This document shows positions 48,701 through 59,100 of a stretch of 64,000 nt of DNA, one piece after another; position 1 is the stretch's first letter, and each line of letters begins with the position of its first letter. The translations under genes and the position numbers were made by a program. The notes under the pieces are model-generated. The model saw only the letters and a program-made list of their open reading frames with translations. It ran no database searches and had not been told where the DNA came from. The stretch is from a virus: the IMG/VR virus record IMGVR_UViG_3300042508_000910; one strand, written 5' to 3'.

Positions 48701-50814
48701 ATTTCTATAGAACAAATTTTGCTAATCCTGTTGCACCATTAACATATGGTCGTGGTAATCTTATTATCGCTACAAATCCTTATGATCGCACAGGACAATT
48801 TTATGCTAAAGGTGGATTAGTTAAAGGATATCAAACTGGTGGCAAAGTTGAATCATTTGTAAATAGATATTATCCTTACGCTGTTCAAGCCGCTCAAAGA
48901 TTAGGAACATCTCCAGAAGCTTTATTAGCTCAATTAGCTCTTGAGAGTGGATATGGAACTTCTAAATTATCAGCATCAAATAATCTAGGAGGATTAACTG
49001 CTGGTCGTGGATATAAGGGAAGCACAGTTGCTTTACCAGCAAATAGATTTGATAAAAATGTTGGAATATATGGTAATAGAACATATAGATCTTATGCTAG
49101 TACTCAAGAGTTTTTTGATGATTATGTTGCATTTTTATCCAAAGATAGGTACAAAGGAACATTAGGAATTACTGATCCTGGAGCTAGAGCATCAGCGTTA
49201 ATGAGAGCAGGATATGTTGCTGGAGATCCTAATTATGCTGCAAAAATACAAAGAATTGCTGGAAGATTGCAGCCTGTAATTTCACAGAATGTATTAGGTG
49301 GCTCCACAATGATTGCAGATTATAGAAATATACAGAATCAATTAGATCGCGCTGTTAAATATGCATCTAATGTGGGTCGTAGCAATTTAATGTCAACAGA
49401 AGTTGATCCAGAAGGAGCTTTTATAACTCGTGGCGCAAACATTTCTCAAAGAGCTCCACAGCAAATGGCAGGATTTTCATTTAGATTGCCTCAAATGTTT
49501 GGTACTTTAGATACACCAGTAAGAAATCCATTTGCAGAGGCTAATGCTCCATTTTTTAGACCTTCTGGCGCTCCATTAAAAGGTCCAGTTAGTACTAGAG
49601 GCTATAGTGGACCTTACGTTGGTCCTGGTCGTGGAGGATATCCATCCTATGAAGCTATTAAGGCTAGAGTTCAAAGTGGTCAAGGCGCTGGTGGAGCAGG
49701 TTCTTTGTTTCCAGATTATAATAAAGCTGCTTTAGATTATTGGTCAAATCAAATTTTTGGTGGTGCAGGATTAGCTGCTGGTCGTTTAGGTGGAACAACT
49801 CCAAGTCTTTATCAAGATGTAGGAAGTCTTTTAGACACAAGAGATCGTGGAAATTATGCAAGAGTAGCATCAAGATTTGCTCCATTCTATGGTGGCACAG
49901 CACAGAATAGATTCTTGTATCAACCATCTCCATCAAATTTTGGTCAAACAGGATTTAACAATTATTTAAAATATATTGGTTTAAATCCATTAACAACAAG
50001 TTTAGATTCATTAGCTTCTTATCGTGCCCCAATGACTCCTGGAATGTATAGTCCATATGCATTTGCAAGTAGTTATTTTGGTGGTTTTGGTGGATCAGGT
50101 TATCAATCAGGCTTCAGTTCCACAGGAAATGTATTTAGTAATTATTTCTCAACAGGTAGTAGATTAGGTATAACACCAAGTTGGCAAGCAAGAGCAACTG
50201 GTGGACCAATATATGGTGGCTCTTCATACAGAGACGATGTACCAGCTATGCTTATGGGTGGAGAATATGTTATTCGTAAAGATGTTGTTGATAGAATGGG
50301 CCAACCATTTTTTGATAGATTAAATCGTGGTCAAATGAATTTTGCAGAAGGTGGCCCAGTAGGTACTGGCTTACCTTCAATAGGAGTTGGCGGAGAAGGC
50401 AACGGACAACAAGATAATTCAAGAGTTCAATTTATTGAAGCTTTAACAAAACTTTTAAGATCGCTCGATCAACTAAACAAAACAGTAGAAGAGCAAACTC
50501 GTCAACAGAGAGATACAAAAGAATCTCAAGTTACCTCAACAGAAACAGAAACTAGTGGCGGTGGAGTAACTAATAATATTACTATTAGTGTCAATGTTGA
50601 TCAAAATGGTAAAACAACTGATACACAGAAACAAGAGAATCAAGACAGCAGCGGAAACGATATGAATGATCAAGAGAAGTTTAAGAAGACTCTTGAAAGA
50701 TCCAGAATGCTTTCTGAAATGTTAAGACAACAAGTATTAAAGGTTATTGTAGAAGAACAGCGTCCAGGTGGAGTATTATATCAAGGCTCTAAGGGACGCG
50801 ATATGGGTCGCTAA
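42715..50814 (+). CDS. Tape measure protein with GH73/FlgJ-like muramidase domain
   Basis: TP901-type N-terminal region (ELARQG, LAEAL.R.GS.A, IGNSLKTIFTR); AQLALESGYG...NNLGG...Y...DPNYAAK near 48850-49260. Confidence 0.9.
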   Translation: MAGNIGDLQFNLTANTSQLERDVAAALRRLESKGFNLGAGINARAFTQPLGRITGAANEFQKSLDASNARVIAFGASAGAIYNVQRAFTALIGSTIEVQKSLTDINVILNASSKTLGQFGDQLFEIARNSGQAFSTVATAAGELARQGLTIEQTLKRTSDALILARLSGLDAASSVEALTASINSFNQSALDSTQIVNKLASVDAAFAVSSSDLAEALKRVGSSAQDVGVSFDELLAIVASVNQTTARGGAVIGNSLKTIFTRIQRTDVLDQLESLGVAVRDLEGNTAPAIQVLTGLASKFDQLGSAQKAQVAELVGGVFQINVLKAALGDLSREYSVFGNALKVSTNASDEAIRRNEELNKTLSALLNRTVANLTKVGSEIGGLTFAPAIEKVLNGLNTALEGFDVKGDSIGSKIGKGIFEGIGSFVSGPGLALLIGVFLKIFGNLAKFTGDAARTILGLNKEAQAQAQIQERINNILAQNPQLVQNILNKQTTLLQVERDILTVIQAQSQARQQSAAVATNISRGLISKGVTVQGGAITARTKSQGFIPNFSANREIMGAISGGYMPGQVRSMNIPNYGRITYNTAEEVKRFPGLSQPGIMPPEGSEAGKNYKQKFKNKYGIDPYASKGFVPNFLSAAQIAARLRRNEMTQEEATRLGYKSTKQKQAERTTPSGIPVSSLSPLLALRSTGGKQGYTFKPKDGPQVNVTFPVIPFDQQSTGFKLSDLRTNLDKVIDKSISDFATSIYKSRELTPPIDLPSTIEQARKQADGLSGSIEGTIGGIFESAFRAAFGRSVKATKGGANFDVAKIPKDLGIFFPGAVTGIPGDFKSSDSDENRRSMALKVLSNQQPALYSLLTKRTASQGFIPNFSPLEKAFSTEKSLGGKPTLDYKEGLGLYVRDGKTQPNFAAVMRDHPEGMQRAIKNSKMMQGMYGSGGFIPNFQALDPMSIFFLAQSFLGGGGRDAGEAEQIKLEQKRYRDLLKERNLNLRVLKELENAAVRDEKAISYARQEYNTSLSNLAQYQKQARLEGPIFTGRGATQAQRAADFARRGGVGGAFGRFGARYGSGIALAAPLATGVASQFVGDDVTRVGRAQKAGVTGLGTVASFAGLGALVGGPIGAGVGATVGAGIAIYDVFKQLKDIMPEVAKEIEDANERFNNLSAGAQALNTSLETLRTVQERSDISAETRAKLVVKANEDFANGLNQIALASKPAADEILKLYQTLGDTPDLRERINLELAKSRDILDVSQSKGGFIKSSKDLEGLLDRFGPGFLTGTKGVSDLNAEELTRYRGLIGQQAQSLSKYFEGITGRELDVKGIEDLKRIYQESSGNLDKIKQGLLGLDIPASQAEAIIALLGEGKGDLSPVFDAMLEIEKRMQAIRDAQANMQTEIARGARPITNIAELQQAFQRPGGITSTALGRIDYRQLNEGLGIERNKAFTQDAISQFTTLSNEVGNTSKGIELMKGFVEEAAKAQKEYNDGVITLTQASEKLKYTFDKIMFSQNESRMFSDERAQAAMDLRRSALRQGNFAEGFAPAASFFDKFGDNAITTADKINQSFANLAENMQTGFEDAFGAFIDGTKSAEDAFRDFALNLAQQTIKEQFSIGLRSLLGNLTGGGGAATGIGGGGGIGGFLNNIFGGGGGGGGGLFGFASGGRVRKYSGGGYVDGGSGVRDDVPAMLTDGEYVLRKSAVNRYGLGMLNMLNGGGRVRGFATGGSVSALLQNAYDFYGVAGERLTTQYTPEAFATTVTGPEQLGNVPALTGRFNISDLLSSRAMVNEDNPMVALRNERFLGMQNYQQQVANFKTGYNEQMRQVEEARRRAQEEADRINSERMAAYNRQRTGTLIGGLLNVGLQAFGGLSSLGGGLGGLGGGGGGGLNIGGLFQDIAGRAIGFVQNAITGGGGMSGGTVGGISPEQQKYMSEQIRQGQRAGYQDPFRQQAQLFPQFGGAGGYGGGFGGSMFAQPSSSFGGFQYNVGLGTPAGFQTQFQSPLDFYRTNFANPVAPLTYGRGNLIIATNPYDRTGQFYAKGGLVKGYQTGGKVESFVNRYYPYAVQAAQRLGTSPEALLAQLALESGYGTSKLSASNNLGGLTAGRGYKGSTVALPANRFDKNVGIYGNRTYRSYASTQEFFDDYVAFLSKDRYKGTLGITDPGARASALMRAGYVAGDPNYAAKIQRIAGRLQPVISQNVLGGSTMIADYRNIQNQLDRAVKYASNVGRSNLMSTEVDPEGAFITRGANISQRAPQQMAGFSFRLPQMFGTLDTPVRNPFAEANAPFFRPSGAPLKGPVSTRGYSGPYVGPGRGGYPSYEAIKARVQSGQGAGGAGSLFPDYNKAALDYWSNQIFGGAGLAAGRLGGTTPSLYQDVGSLLDTRDRGNYARVASRFAPFYGGTAQNRFLYQPSPSNFGQTGFNNYLKYIGLNPLTTSLDSLASYRAPMTPGMYSPYAFASSYFGGFGGSGYQSGFSSTGNVFSNYFSTGSRLGITPSWQARATGGPIYGGSSYRDDVPAMLMGGEYVIRKDVVDRMGQPFFDRLNRGQMNFAEGGPVGTGLPSIGVGGEGNGQQDNSRVQFIEALTKLLRSLDQLNKTVEEQTRQQRDTKESQVTSTETETSGGGVTNNITISVNVDQNGKTTDTQKQENQDSSGNDMNDQEKFKKTLERSRMLSEMLRQQVLKVIVEEQRPGGVLYQGSKGRDMGR

Positions 50815-52040
50815 GTTATATATTGATTTAAATGTGACATTAAACCACTAACTCTAAGATTTAATTTATTTAGATCTATGCCTGATCCTACTGAATAAAA
50901 ACTAATACGAGCATTTGTATTTGCAGCATTACCAGCCGTAAGTGAATTTATTTTAAATATTGTATCATTAATTCCTAGTCTTGGATCAGCTGAGATAGAT
51001 GAACTAATTGTTCCAGTAAAACCTGTTCCTAATATAAAGCTTAAATTAGTGCTATTACTTCTAGAAACGCCATAGAAACCAGTTATCCTATCTATAGCTA
51101 TTGAAGTTCTAGAACCACCTCCATTATTATCAAAAAAGAGTCCATTATTAAAAAATCTATAATCTAAAGATATACCTGCTCCTGTTACTGGAAATGAGTT
51201 TGCTCCGAAAAAACTATGTTGACTTAGATTTCCAGATGGAGCTTCTGTAATAAATATAGAAATATGTTTACTATCTGCTGGATCTTGATTGCTAGCTCTA
51301 TTAGTATTTAACCATCTGGATGGACTAGATCCTCCACTACCTTTAATTCCACTTTTACGTAAGTATGAAGATGGAGCAAAAATATTTCCAGCTTCTCCAT
51401 CTCTGAATGGAGCGGGTCCTTTAAGAGGGACTAAAGCTCCAGTTATTGATCTTGCTGCGCCTAAAATACAACAACTTTTTATTGAACTCCAAATACCATC
51501 CGCTTTGCATCCTGTTACAAAAGATGTAATACCTGAGATAACGCTACTTTCTAAAGTTTGACCATCAGCGAGTTCTACAGCTGATACGTAATTTGTAATA
51601 GTATTATCTGGAGTTATTGTTAAATAACCAGTTCTATAATCAAAATTATAATTAATTCCAGAGCCACCGCTAGCTAAAATAGGATATGTGCCAGTTGGTG
51701 AATCAATTGTGGCTGTAGTATAACCAATGGGTAATGTTGTAATATTTCCACTATTTTGGCCATAAACGAATCCGCTAATATTGACAGTAAAGCTAGGTAA
51801 ACTATCTCCACTAATCATTGTTTGATTATTAGGTAAGACAACTAAAATCTTCTTATTAATATCAAAATTCTTAAAACCAGTATTATAATATACACCACTA
51901 AAACCCGACCAATTTATACCTACATTTCCAACACCAGTAATATATCCACTATATCCAATTATATATAATATATTATTATTGGTAGAGCTAAAATAGCCAG
52001 TAGTCATATTGTTTGTGTATGAGAAAAGATTAATCGCCAT
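50811..52040 (-). CDS. Tail-associated protein: MBG-like repeat plus lectin-like domain
   Basis: LVVLPNN...P.FTV.ISGFV.G...Y.I.ASGG...NY.F.Y..G.LTI; FVTGCKADGIW domain. Confidence 0.7.
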   Translation of the reverse strand: MAINLFSYTNNMTTGYFSSTNNNILYIIGYSGYITGVGNVGINWSGFSGVYYNTGFKNFDINKKILVVLPNNQTMISGDSLPSFTVNISGFVYGQNSGNITTLPIGYTTATIDSPTGTYPILASGGSGINYNFDYRTGYLTITPDNTITNYVSAVELADGQTLESSVISGITSFVTGCKADGIWSSIKSCCILGAARSITGALVPLKGPAPFRDGEAGNIFAPSSYLRKSGIKGSGGSSPSRWLNTNRASNQDPADSKHISIFITEAPSGNLSQHSFFGANSFPVTGAGISLDYRFFNNGLFFDNNGGGSRTSIAIDRITGFYGVSRSNSTNLSFILGTGFTGTISSSISADPRLGINDTIFKINSLTAGNAANTNARISFYSVGSGIDLNKLNLRVSGLMSHLNQYIT

Positions 52041-52527
52041 AAGTTATCGCTCCTGTTAAGTTAAAATAAATACCAGTATCTATTTCTAAGATAGTTAAAT
52101 ATCCAGTTTTATAATCAAAATTATAGTTAACGCCTGATCCTCCACTGCCTATTATATTATATATGCCTCCACTAGAATTTATATTTGCGACTGTATAACC
52201 TGTTGGTAATGTTACAAGATTTCCGCTATTCTGATTGTAAACAAATCCACTAATATTAACAGTAAATGGAGGATTATTATCGCCACTAATTCTTAATTTA
52301 TTATCTGGAGTTACTGTTAAAGTTTTTGAATTTATAGTTAAAATAGCTGTTCCTGTTCCATATCTAACAAAATTACTACTATAACCTGTCCAATTAATAT
52401 TAACATTGCCTACGCCAGTTATGTATCCAATAGAACCGTTAATTACTAATATGTTTGTATTTGTAGAAGCAAAATTAATACTTCCATCTATGTTCGTGTC
52501 TATATATGATAAAAGATTAATCGCCAT
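52030..52527 (-). CDS. Tail-associated protein with MBG-like repeat
   Basis: LTVTPDNK.R..G..NPPFTV..SGFV...GYLTI. Confidence 0.7.
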   Translation of the reverse strand: MAINLLSYIDTNIDGSINFASTNTNILVINGSIGYITGVGNVNINWTGYSSNFVRYGTGTAILTINSKTLTVTPDNKLRISGDNNPPFTVNISGFVYNQNSGNLVTLPTGYTVANINSSGGIYNIIGSGGSGVNYNFDYKTGYLTILEIDTGIYFNLTGAITYGD

Positions 52528-55500
52528 AAGTGATAACTCCTGTAAATGTTAGATAAAATGCAGGATCAAATCCAGTCGTTTCATTTATGGTTAAGAATCC
52601 TGTTTTATAATTAAATTTATAATTAATTCCAGAACCACCACTAGCTAAAATAGGATATATACCAGAAGGAGAATTTGTATCTGCAATTGTGTAGCCAGTA
52701 GGTAGTGATATAAGATCTCCACTATTCTGGTTGTAAACAAATCCGCTAATGTTAACACTTAAAGATGGAATATTTTGTCCAGTAATTATTGTTTTATTAT
52801 CGGGAATTACTGTTAATGTTTTCTTTTCGATCGTGATAGTTTTTGCTAATCCAGTATATCCACTAGTAGTAGTTATTGAAATCCCAGACCAATTAATATT
52901 AGTTGTGCCAAGTCCTGTGATTATTCCAGTATTATTATTCATTACTATAACTGATGAATTTGTGGAAGTGTAAGTAAAATTATTTAAATTCTGTGAGCTA
53001 CTTGGAGATAGAATTATATTTGAATCTCCATATATATTAGTCTGTATATATGGACTAAAGTCAGCATAAGTATTTTCTCTAAATATTAAAACTTGTTCTA
53101 TAGAGTCTCCACTTTGATCTATAATGAGCACTTTAAATCCAAAAGTTTTACTTTCATTAATCCATTTTTTATAATCTTGTAGAAAGTCTTGATATTGATT
53201 CTCTCCACCTTGAGAATATATAAAGTCTGGAATAGATAGTATAGTTGGACTAAGCTTCCTTATAGAAGAAAACTCTTGAGAAGAGATAACATCAGAGCTT
53301 GTCCATGATATATTATTAGTATCATTTATCTCTTTTGCATATATTATAACCTTGCGAAGTGTTACGTTATGCTCTGGACAGAATGCTAAAACTAGATTTA
53401 AAGTTTCATTTTGATTTACTGGCCTTGTATATGAAAATTCATATGGAGTAGAGTTATAGTCTACGGCTTTATAATTCCAGATTAAAGATCCTAAAACTTT
53501 ATTTTGACACTCATATATTTTACCATAAGGATAATTAGATGAAGTTTGTTTAGCGTCATATTTACTTAATATATAGAATTGTTTATTTTGAGCTCTGTCC
53601 TCTACAATACTAGCTAGATCTGCACAGCATCCTTTTAAGCAATCCGTTGAATTATCAATAATGACATAAGGACAAGATTTAACTAAACTAAATCTATTCT
53701 GAATTGGATCTGTTGCCAATAAATAAAAATCACCAAAGAATGGAACATCTTGAGCATCTTGCACGATTTTAAATCTAGTTGGATATATTAAGAAAGATAT
53801 CATCTTTTTAGAATCTATAATATTTTTTGCGTCTATTTTTGTTCCAAATAGAATAGGATCATCATTAATACCGCAAGAAGAAACAAATTTGGCGACAAAA
53901 TAATGATAATTGACACCATTAATTTTCTTTATTCCTTTTTCTAGTATAGAGTCTGTACCAGATATACCCTGAATAATGAAATCTTCTGCATCAGGTATAT
54001 CTAATATAAATTCTATAATAGAATAAGCATCATCTTTTTGTATGCCAACGCTTAGAACCTCTACAGAATATATATTTTTTGCAGAAAAATACTTTAGATC
54101 ATCTCTAATAGCTTTAAAATCAACAACCTCTGGTGATTCTTGATCTCCTATATTTCCTGGATCATAAACTCCAAGATAACTATTAGTGCCATTTATTCCG
54201 CTTGATGGAACATCTTCTGGATCTAATCCTCCTGCGACATTAGAAGAATTATATTTATAACTATCTAAGCATCTATATGTAGTCTTATATTTGATTTCAT
54301 TAGGGAAAGAGTTATCTATTCTAGCTTGTGCAAGAGGAAAATAATTTAAGAATTCTGGACCAGATGCGACTCCATCCTTCTCAAAATCAAGCATTCTTGC
54401 ACCATATCCATTAAAATTTTCATTTCTGTAATCTTCGTTTGGCCAAGATATATAAGGATAACTTTCTGGAGTAAAGAAATAAACTAGACCTTGATAACTT
54501 GCGGCTATTGTAGAAGTATAGTTAGAATTATCTTTAATGAACTTATTTAAGTATATATATTTATCAATTAAATCTGTATTTTGTATATAGTTTAGCATCG
54601 CTTGGAGACTATTATTAGTAAGAGCTAAATAATTATTTAAAGCTGAAGCCTGTAAAGAGTTTAGATAATATAATTTGACTGAAAAGATATTATCATTAAC
54701 TAGTGGGCTTTCTGGGCTAAGATATGTTGTAAGTCTATAATTTGATTCATATTGACCATCTAATATTTCAATTTTATAATTTTTATTATTTAGGAATAAG
54801 GACGGATCTTCTTTTAGATTTCTTATAAATATAAATTCATCAAAAAACTCTTGTCTATCTTGATCGTTTATGTTCTCATTATATTTGACAGGTAAAATAA
54901 TTATTGAATCTATGCCAACATCATTAGGATATATATCTTTTATATCAAAAATAATTTTATTATTATCTTCCCTTCTATAATTTTTAAATGTTTTTAGAAC
55001 ATCTGATCTGGATATATCATTATGATTAACTTGTAGTATTTTATATCCTTTTGAATTTGAATATCTATCGTTAAAATATGTAGATGTTGATCCAGAGGTT
55101 GTTGTATCTGTTGCAATGTTTCCACCTGCAGAAGAGAATCCTTCATCGTCAACTGCTTCTATTGTAACGTAATAATTATTATAATGACCAGGTTGAGCTA
55201 TCTTAACGTATAAATTTTCTCTATCACCTGTAGTTCCAAATATTCCAGTATCATTTACAGATGGATTATAAACCATAGCGTTTTGCTCTGTTGTGCCTCT
55301 AACAAAAGATTCATTCTTGCTTAAGAATCCTTGGTAATTATGAATATAATCAAAAATAAAATATCTATTAAAATCACTAAAAAGATTTCCTTGTATCACA
55401 TCTCCAGTATTTAATGGAAGAATAGGAGCATTAATCTCAGTGGCAAATGCACTTTTCTCTGGTGCAACAGCCAAAGATTCTAAAGCATAGATATCATTTA

Positions 55501-56164
55501 AATTAGATTTTAGTAAAGAGTTGTCTATTAAAATTCCGCTCGAATAATTTCCAGTCGTATTGAATGGAAGAACGCGATTATACATATTAACAGTTTTATT
55601 TTTAAAATACCTAGAAAAATCATATTGTGTAAAATTAGGATTATATGCTTGGACTTCTGGAGTAGTTGGTGAAGAGAAAGATATTTGCCATCCTAAATAA
55701 CAATAATCTGAAAAAGTCGTAATTTTATCTTGATTTAGAGTACTTATCATTCCACCAGATATATTTCCATCTTCATATGTATAAACATCTGTGAAGTAGT
55801 TTAGGTTTTTAAAACTAACTTCTTTGATAAATTTTTGATTTGGCATATATCCAGAGAATAATGTTCCTGTAGACTCCATGCCAAAAATATTTTTAGAGAA
55901 AACTGTTACATAATTTAATCCTGTATTTTCAGGTATATAGAAAAAGTATTTTTCATCTGTAGAGTATGGTATTTCTTGTACTAGATAATTATTATTATTA
56001 CTATTTGGTTTTGTGTTATAGTAAGTATCTGTTACGTATATTCTATAAGATTCTATATTTTCAATATTTTCTATTGGTTTAAAATAGAATTTAAATCCTT
56101 TACTATTTTGTGTTATGTTAATAACTTCAACTGTTACATTAGGGATTCCTGTTGGACCATTCAT
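52517..56164 (-). CDS. Large tail-tip-associated protein with C-terminal MBG-like repeat
   Basis: Follows gpJ; FN3-like N-terminus; C-terminal repeat shared with the two downstream genes. Confidence 0.7.
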   Translation of the reverse strand: MNGPTGIPNVTVEVINITQNSKGFKFYFKPIENIENIESYRIYVTDTYYNTKPNSNNNNYLVQEIPYSTDEKYFFYIPENTGLNYVTVFSKNIFGMESTGTLFSGYMPNQKFIKEVSFKNLNYFTDVYTYEDGNISGGMISTLNQDKITTFSDYCYLGWQISFSSPTTPEVQAYNPNFTQYDFSRYFKNKTVNMYNRVLPFNTTGNYSSGILIDNSLLKSNLNDIYALESLAVAPEKSAFATEINAPILPLNTGDVIQGNLFSDFNRYFIFDYIHNYQGFLSKNESFVRGTTEQNAMVYNPSVNDTGIFGTTGDRENLYVKIAQPGHYNNYYVTIEAVDDEGFSSAGGNIATDTTTSGSTSTYFNDRYSNSKGYKILQVNHNDISRSDVLKTFKNYRREDNNKIIFDIKDIYPNDVGIDSIIILPVKYNENINDQDRQEFFDEFIFIRNLKEDPSLFLNNKNYKIEILDGQYESNYRLTTYLSPESPLVNDNIFSVKLYYLNSLQASALNNYLALTNNSLQAMLNYIQNTDLIDKYIYLNKFIKDNSNYTSTIAASYQGLVYFFTPESYPYISWPNEDYRNENFNGYGARMLDFEKDGVASGPEFLNYFPLAQARIDNSFPNEIKYKTTYRCLDSYKYNSSNVAGGLDPEDVPSSGINGTNSYLGVYDPGNIGDQESPEVVDFKAIRDDLKYFSAKNIYSVEVLSVGIQKDDAYSIIEFILDIPDAEDFIIQGISGTDSILEKGIKKINGVNYHYFVAKFVSSCGINDDPILFGTKIDAKNIIDSKKMISFLIYPTRFKIVQDAQDVPFFGDFYLLATDPIQNRFSLVKSCPYVIIDNSTDCLKGCCADLASIVEDRAQNKQFYILSKYDAKQTSSNYPYGKIYECQNKVLGSLIWNYKAVDYNSTPYEFSYTRPVNQNETLNLVLAFCPEHNVTLRKVIIYAKEINDTNNISWTSSDVISSQEFSSIRKLSPTILSIPDFIYSQGGENQYQDFLQDYKKWINESKTFGFKVLIIDQSGDSIEQVLIFRENTYADFSPYIQTNIYGDSNIILSPSSSQNLNNFTYTSTNSSVIVMNNNTGIITGLGTTNINWSGISITTTSGYTGLAKTITIEKKTLTVIPDNKTIITGQNIPSLSVNISGFVYNQNSGDLISLPTGYTIADTNSPSGIYPILASGGSGINYKFNYKTGFLTINETTGFDPAFYLTFTGVITYGD

Positions 56165-56165
56165 A

Positions 56166-59100
56166 TTATATATCGTCTCCTAATGCATATTTTGTCTCAT
56201 CATATTGAAGCGCGGTAACTTTGTATCTATTCTCTTCTTGCTCTTCTATATCTAAGATTCTAAATTTTTGAGTTTTATCTAAATAAGGCTCTAGATAAGC
56301 TCCAGGATATAATCCTGTATTACTAAATCCAGATACGCTTGGACTTTTACTAAAATCATAAAAATTAGGATCAACTTCTATTGTCCAAACTGTATTTTGT
56401 AATAAAGTATGCTCAACATTATCTAATTCAGATGTTCCAAAATTAATCCTTGTAAAGCCATTAAAATTCGTCCCAGTCTCTAGAGATATTGCATCAGCAA
56501 AAATAGATTGAGTACCATTTTCTAATGTTGTATTATTATATTCTATAGTTTGAACTTGTTTTCTTCTTATTAAGGATGTACTAATTCCAGAAGATATTGC
56601 ATTAATATTTCCATCTTTATATGGAATAATATTATTTCCAGTGTAAGTCATCGCTTCATTTCCAGCTTCTGTACCGATCTCGATATTACCTGCTGGAGTT
56701 AATATATTAAATTTGCAACCTTGAATAGCTGGTAAAAATCCAGAGATATCTTCGTATTTTACGTCAAGTATTGCTGAGTTCTTGTCTAAACTAAATGTTC
56801 TCCCTCCTAATACCTTATTTTGTCTATTCTGATCTTGTACTAATATTATATCTCCTGGTTTTAAATACAAAGCTGGTAGACTTGTTTCAAAATTTACCAA
56901 CTCTGATTCAAAATTTTCTGATAATAATGTCCATTTACCGAGTCTTTCTGCTTGACCTTCGCTTGTGCATCCAAAAGCGCTAACTTCTATTTCTCTAATA
57001 CCAAATTTAATTAAGCCATCTCTATTTTCTACATATTTAACCGCTGGTTTATAAAAATTTTCTTTATCATTATATCTAACTAATGCAACATTTCTTCTTA
57101 CTCTTTTACTTGTATTACTATATGTAAATTCTCCATCTTTGACGTTAGAATTATTAAATAAATATATAGACTCTTTTGGTCTATCTTGAGAAGTCATAAT
57201 TAATCCCGCACTATAATAGACTATAGCTCTAAAGACACTCGCCATATCATTCATTACTTTATAAGCATCTTCTCTTGTACTAATTAAAACATTACATGTG
57301 AATCTTGGTTCAAGACCACCTCTACCATCGCTAACAAGCTCATCACAATATTTACTAATTTCATAAAGTGTCCATTTATCTGTAAATTGTGGATCAATAT
57401 ATTTTCCAAGTCCATATCTTTTATTCGTAATTATATCATAAAAGCACCAAGCTGGGTTATCTGTCCAAGCTAGTTTAAATGTACCATCCCAAATAGGAGG
57501 ATCATATGTTTTACTAAATGGATTATAATTAGTTGGAACTTTTACCTTTAGTAATCTTGTATCATAGGCTCTTTGTGGAATACTTTGGAAAAATCTTGCA
57601 TCAAAAGTTGTCATTACTCCTGCTGTATGAGGAAGAACAAGAAAATCATTATATATTTCTGTAATAGAGTCTATAGCGGATTTTAATAATATATTTGCAT
57701 CAACACTCTCTGTATAAGTTGGTTCTATTTCTATTTCCCATCCAATTGTATTGTCATTTGTCTCTTTGTCTAATCCTGTCCACTCAAATGTTTCAATATA
57801 TGGTCCAGCATTTAACTTACCAGTCATTATTAATGTAGAATATTCTTCTGGAAGATTTAAATCAGGTTTAATAGGAGTGATAACGAGTCCACCTGAATCT
57901 ACCCCACGATCTACTCTTTTTAGATATAATTTAAATGTCATACTCTGTCTATCAATTCTACCACCTACGCTATTCTCAGCTGCTTGATCTGATGTGTCCC
58001 AAATAGTTAAATCTACAATTTGTTTAAATAAACTCAAAGCTTTTATATGCAATTTTAATCCATAAAGATCTTTAGTAAGAATAGTTATTGATTTTTTATA
58101 AGTTTTCTCTGAACCATCTTGGAATTTTCTTTTTCCAAATAGTTTTGAACCAACTGTTTTGGTACTAGTTAATCTCTTAGGTAATTTAATTTGTTCTGCT
58201 ATTACTGTACCATTCTCATCTCTAGCCTTTAAATAATTAACATAAATACCATTTTGTATTTGTCTAGAATAATACTCTTCTTCAAGACTAATATTTTTCA
58301 ATTCATCTATATTTGTATGTCTTGGTGCAGAATCTCCATTATCAAATTTTAATCTTATAAACTCAAAATTTAAACTTCCATTATTTGGATATGTATTGTC
58401 TGCTAATGGAATTTCATTCCAATATACAGATCTAATAAGAGAGGAATTCCCTGGATATCTTTTAATAGTAACGCCATTTTTATATCCAATATCTCCTTTT
58501 TGAAAACCAGGGTTTGGTATAATTTCATAATCAACAATACCTTCAATCGGTCCTTCGCCTAAAACATCAAGAATTGATATATTTGTTAAAGATGTTATTC
58601 CTATATCTTTTGATTCAAGAAGGCTATTTCTATATTGATAACCATAATTAATTATGGTTGAAGTTGCAGCAGCTTGACTAACAAGAGTAGTACAATTTGC
58701 TGGGATAGAAGATGAAGTTAAAGTAACGTTCTCTGAATAATTATATGCACGTTTTGTTTGCCATCCTCTTGAAGTATAAATTCGACACCCACCTTTTCTG
58801 CTGCATTCTACAGTTCCTATCTTTATTCCAGGTCCACGGCCATTATGAACAAATATATTTTCAGCGATATAAGTATGATATTTGTCTACTTCTAAATTGT
58901 AAACAACATCCATGCCAATATATTTTTTACTTTTAATCTGTAGCTTTTTCTTATCGAAAGATGTTAAATTCTCACCCACTTCAATATCGTTTAGGAATTT
59001 AAATTCTCCATTTACTAGGAATTGATGACTTAATGTAGATTTGATAATTGTACCATCTTCTAATTCTATTTGATATATAGGTTGAGGTTCCTTATTATGA

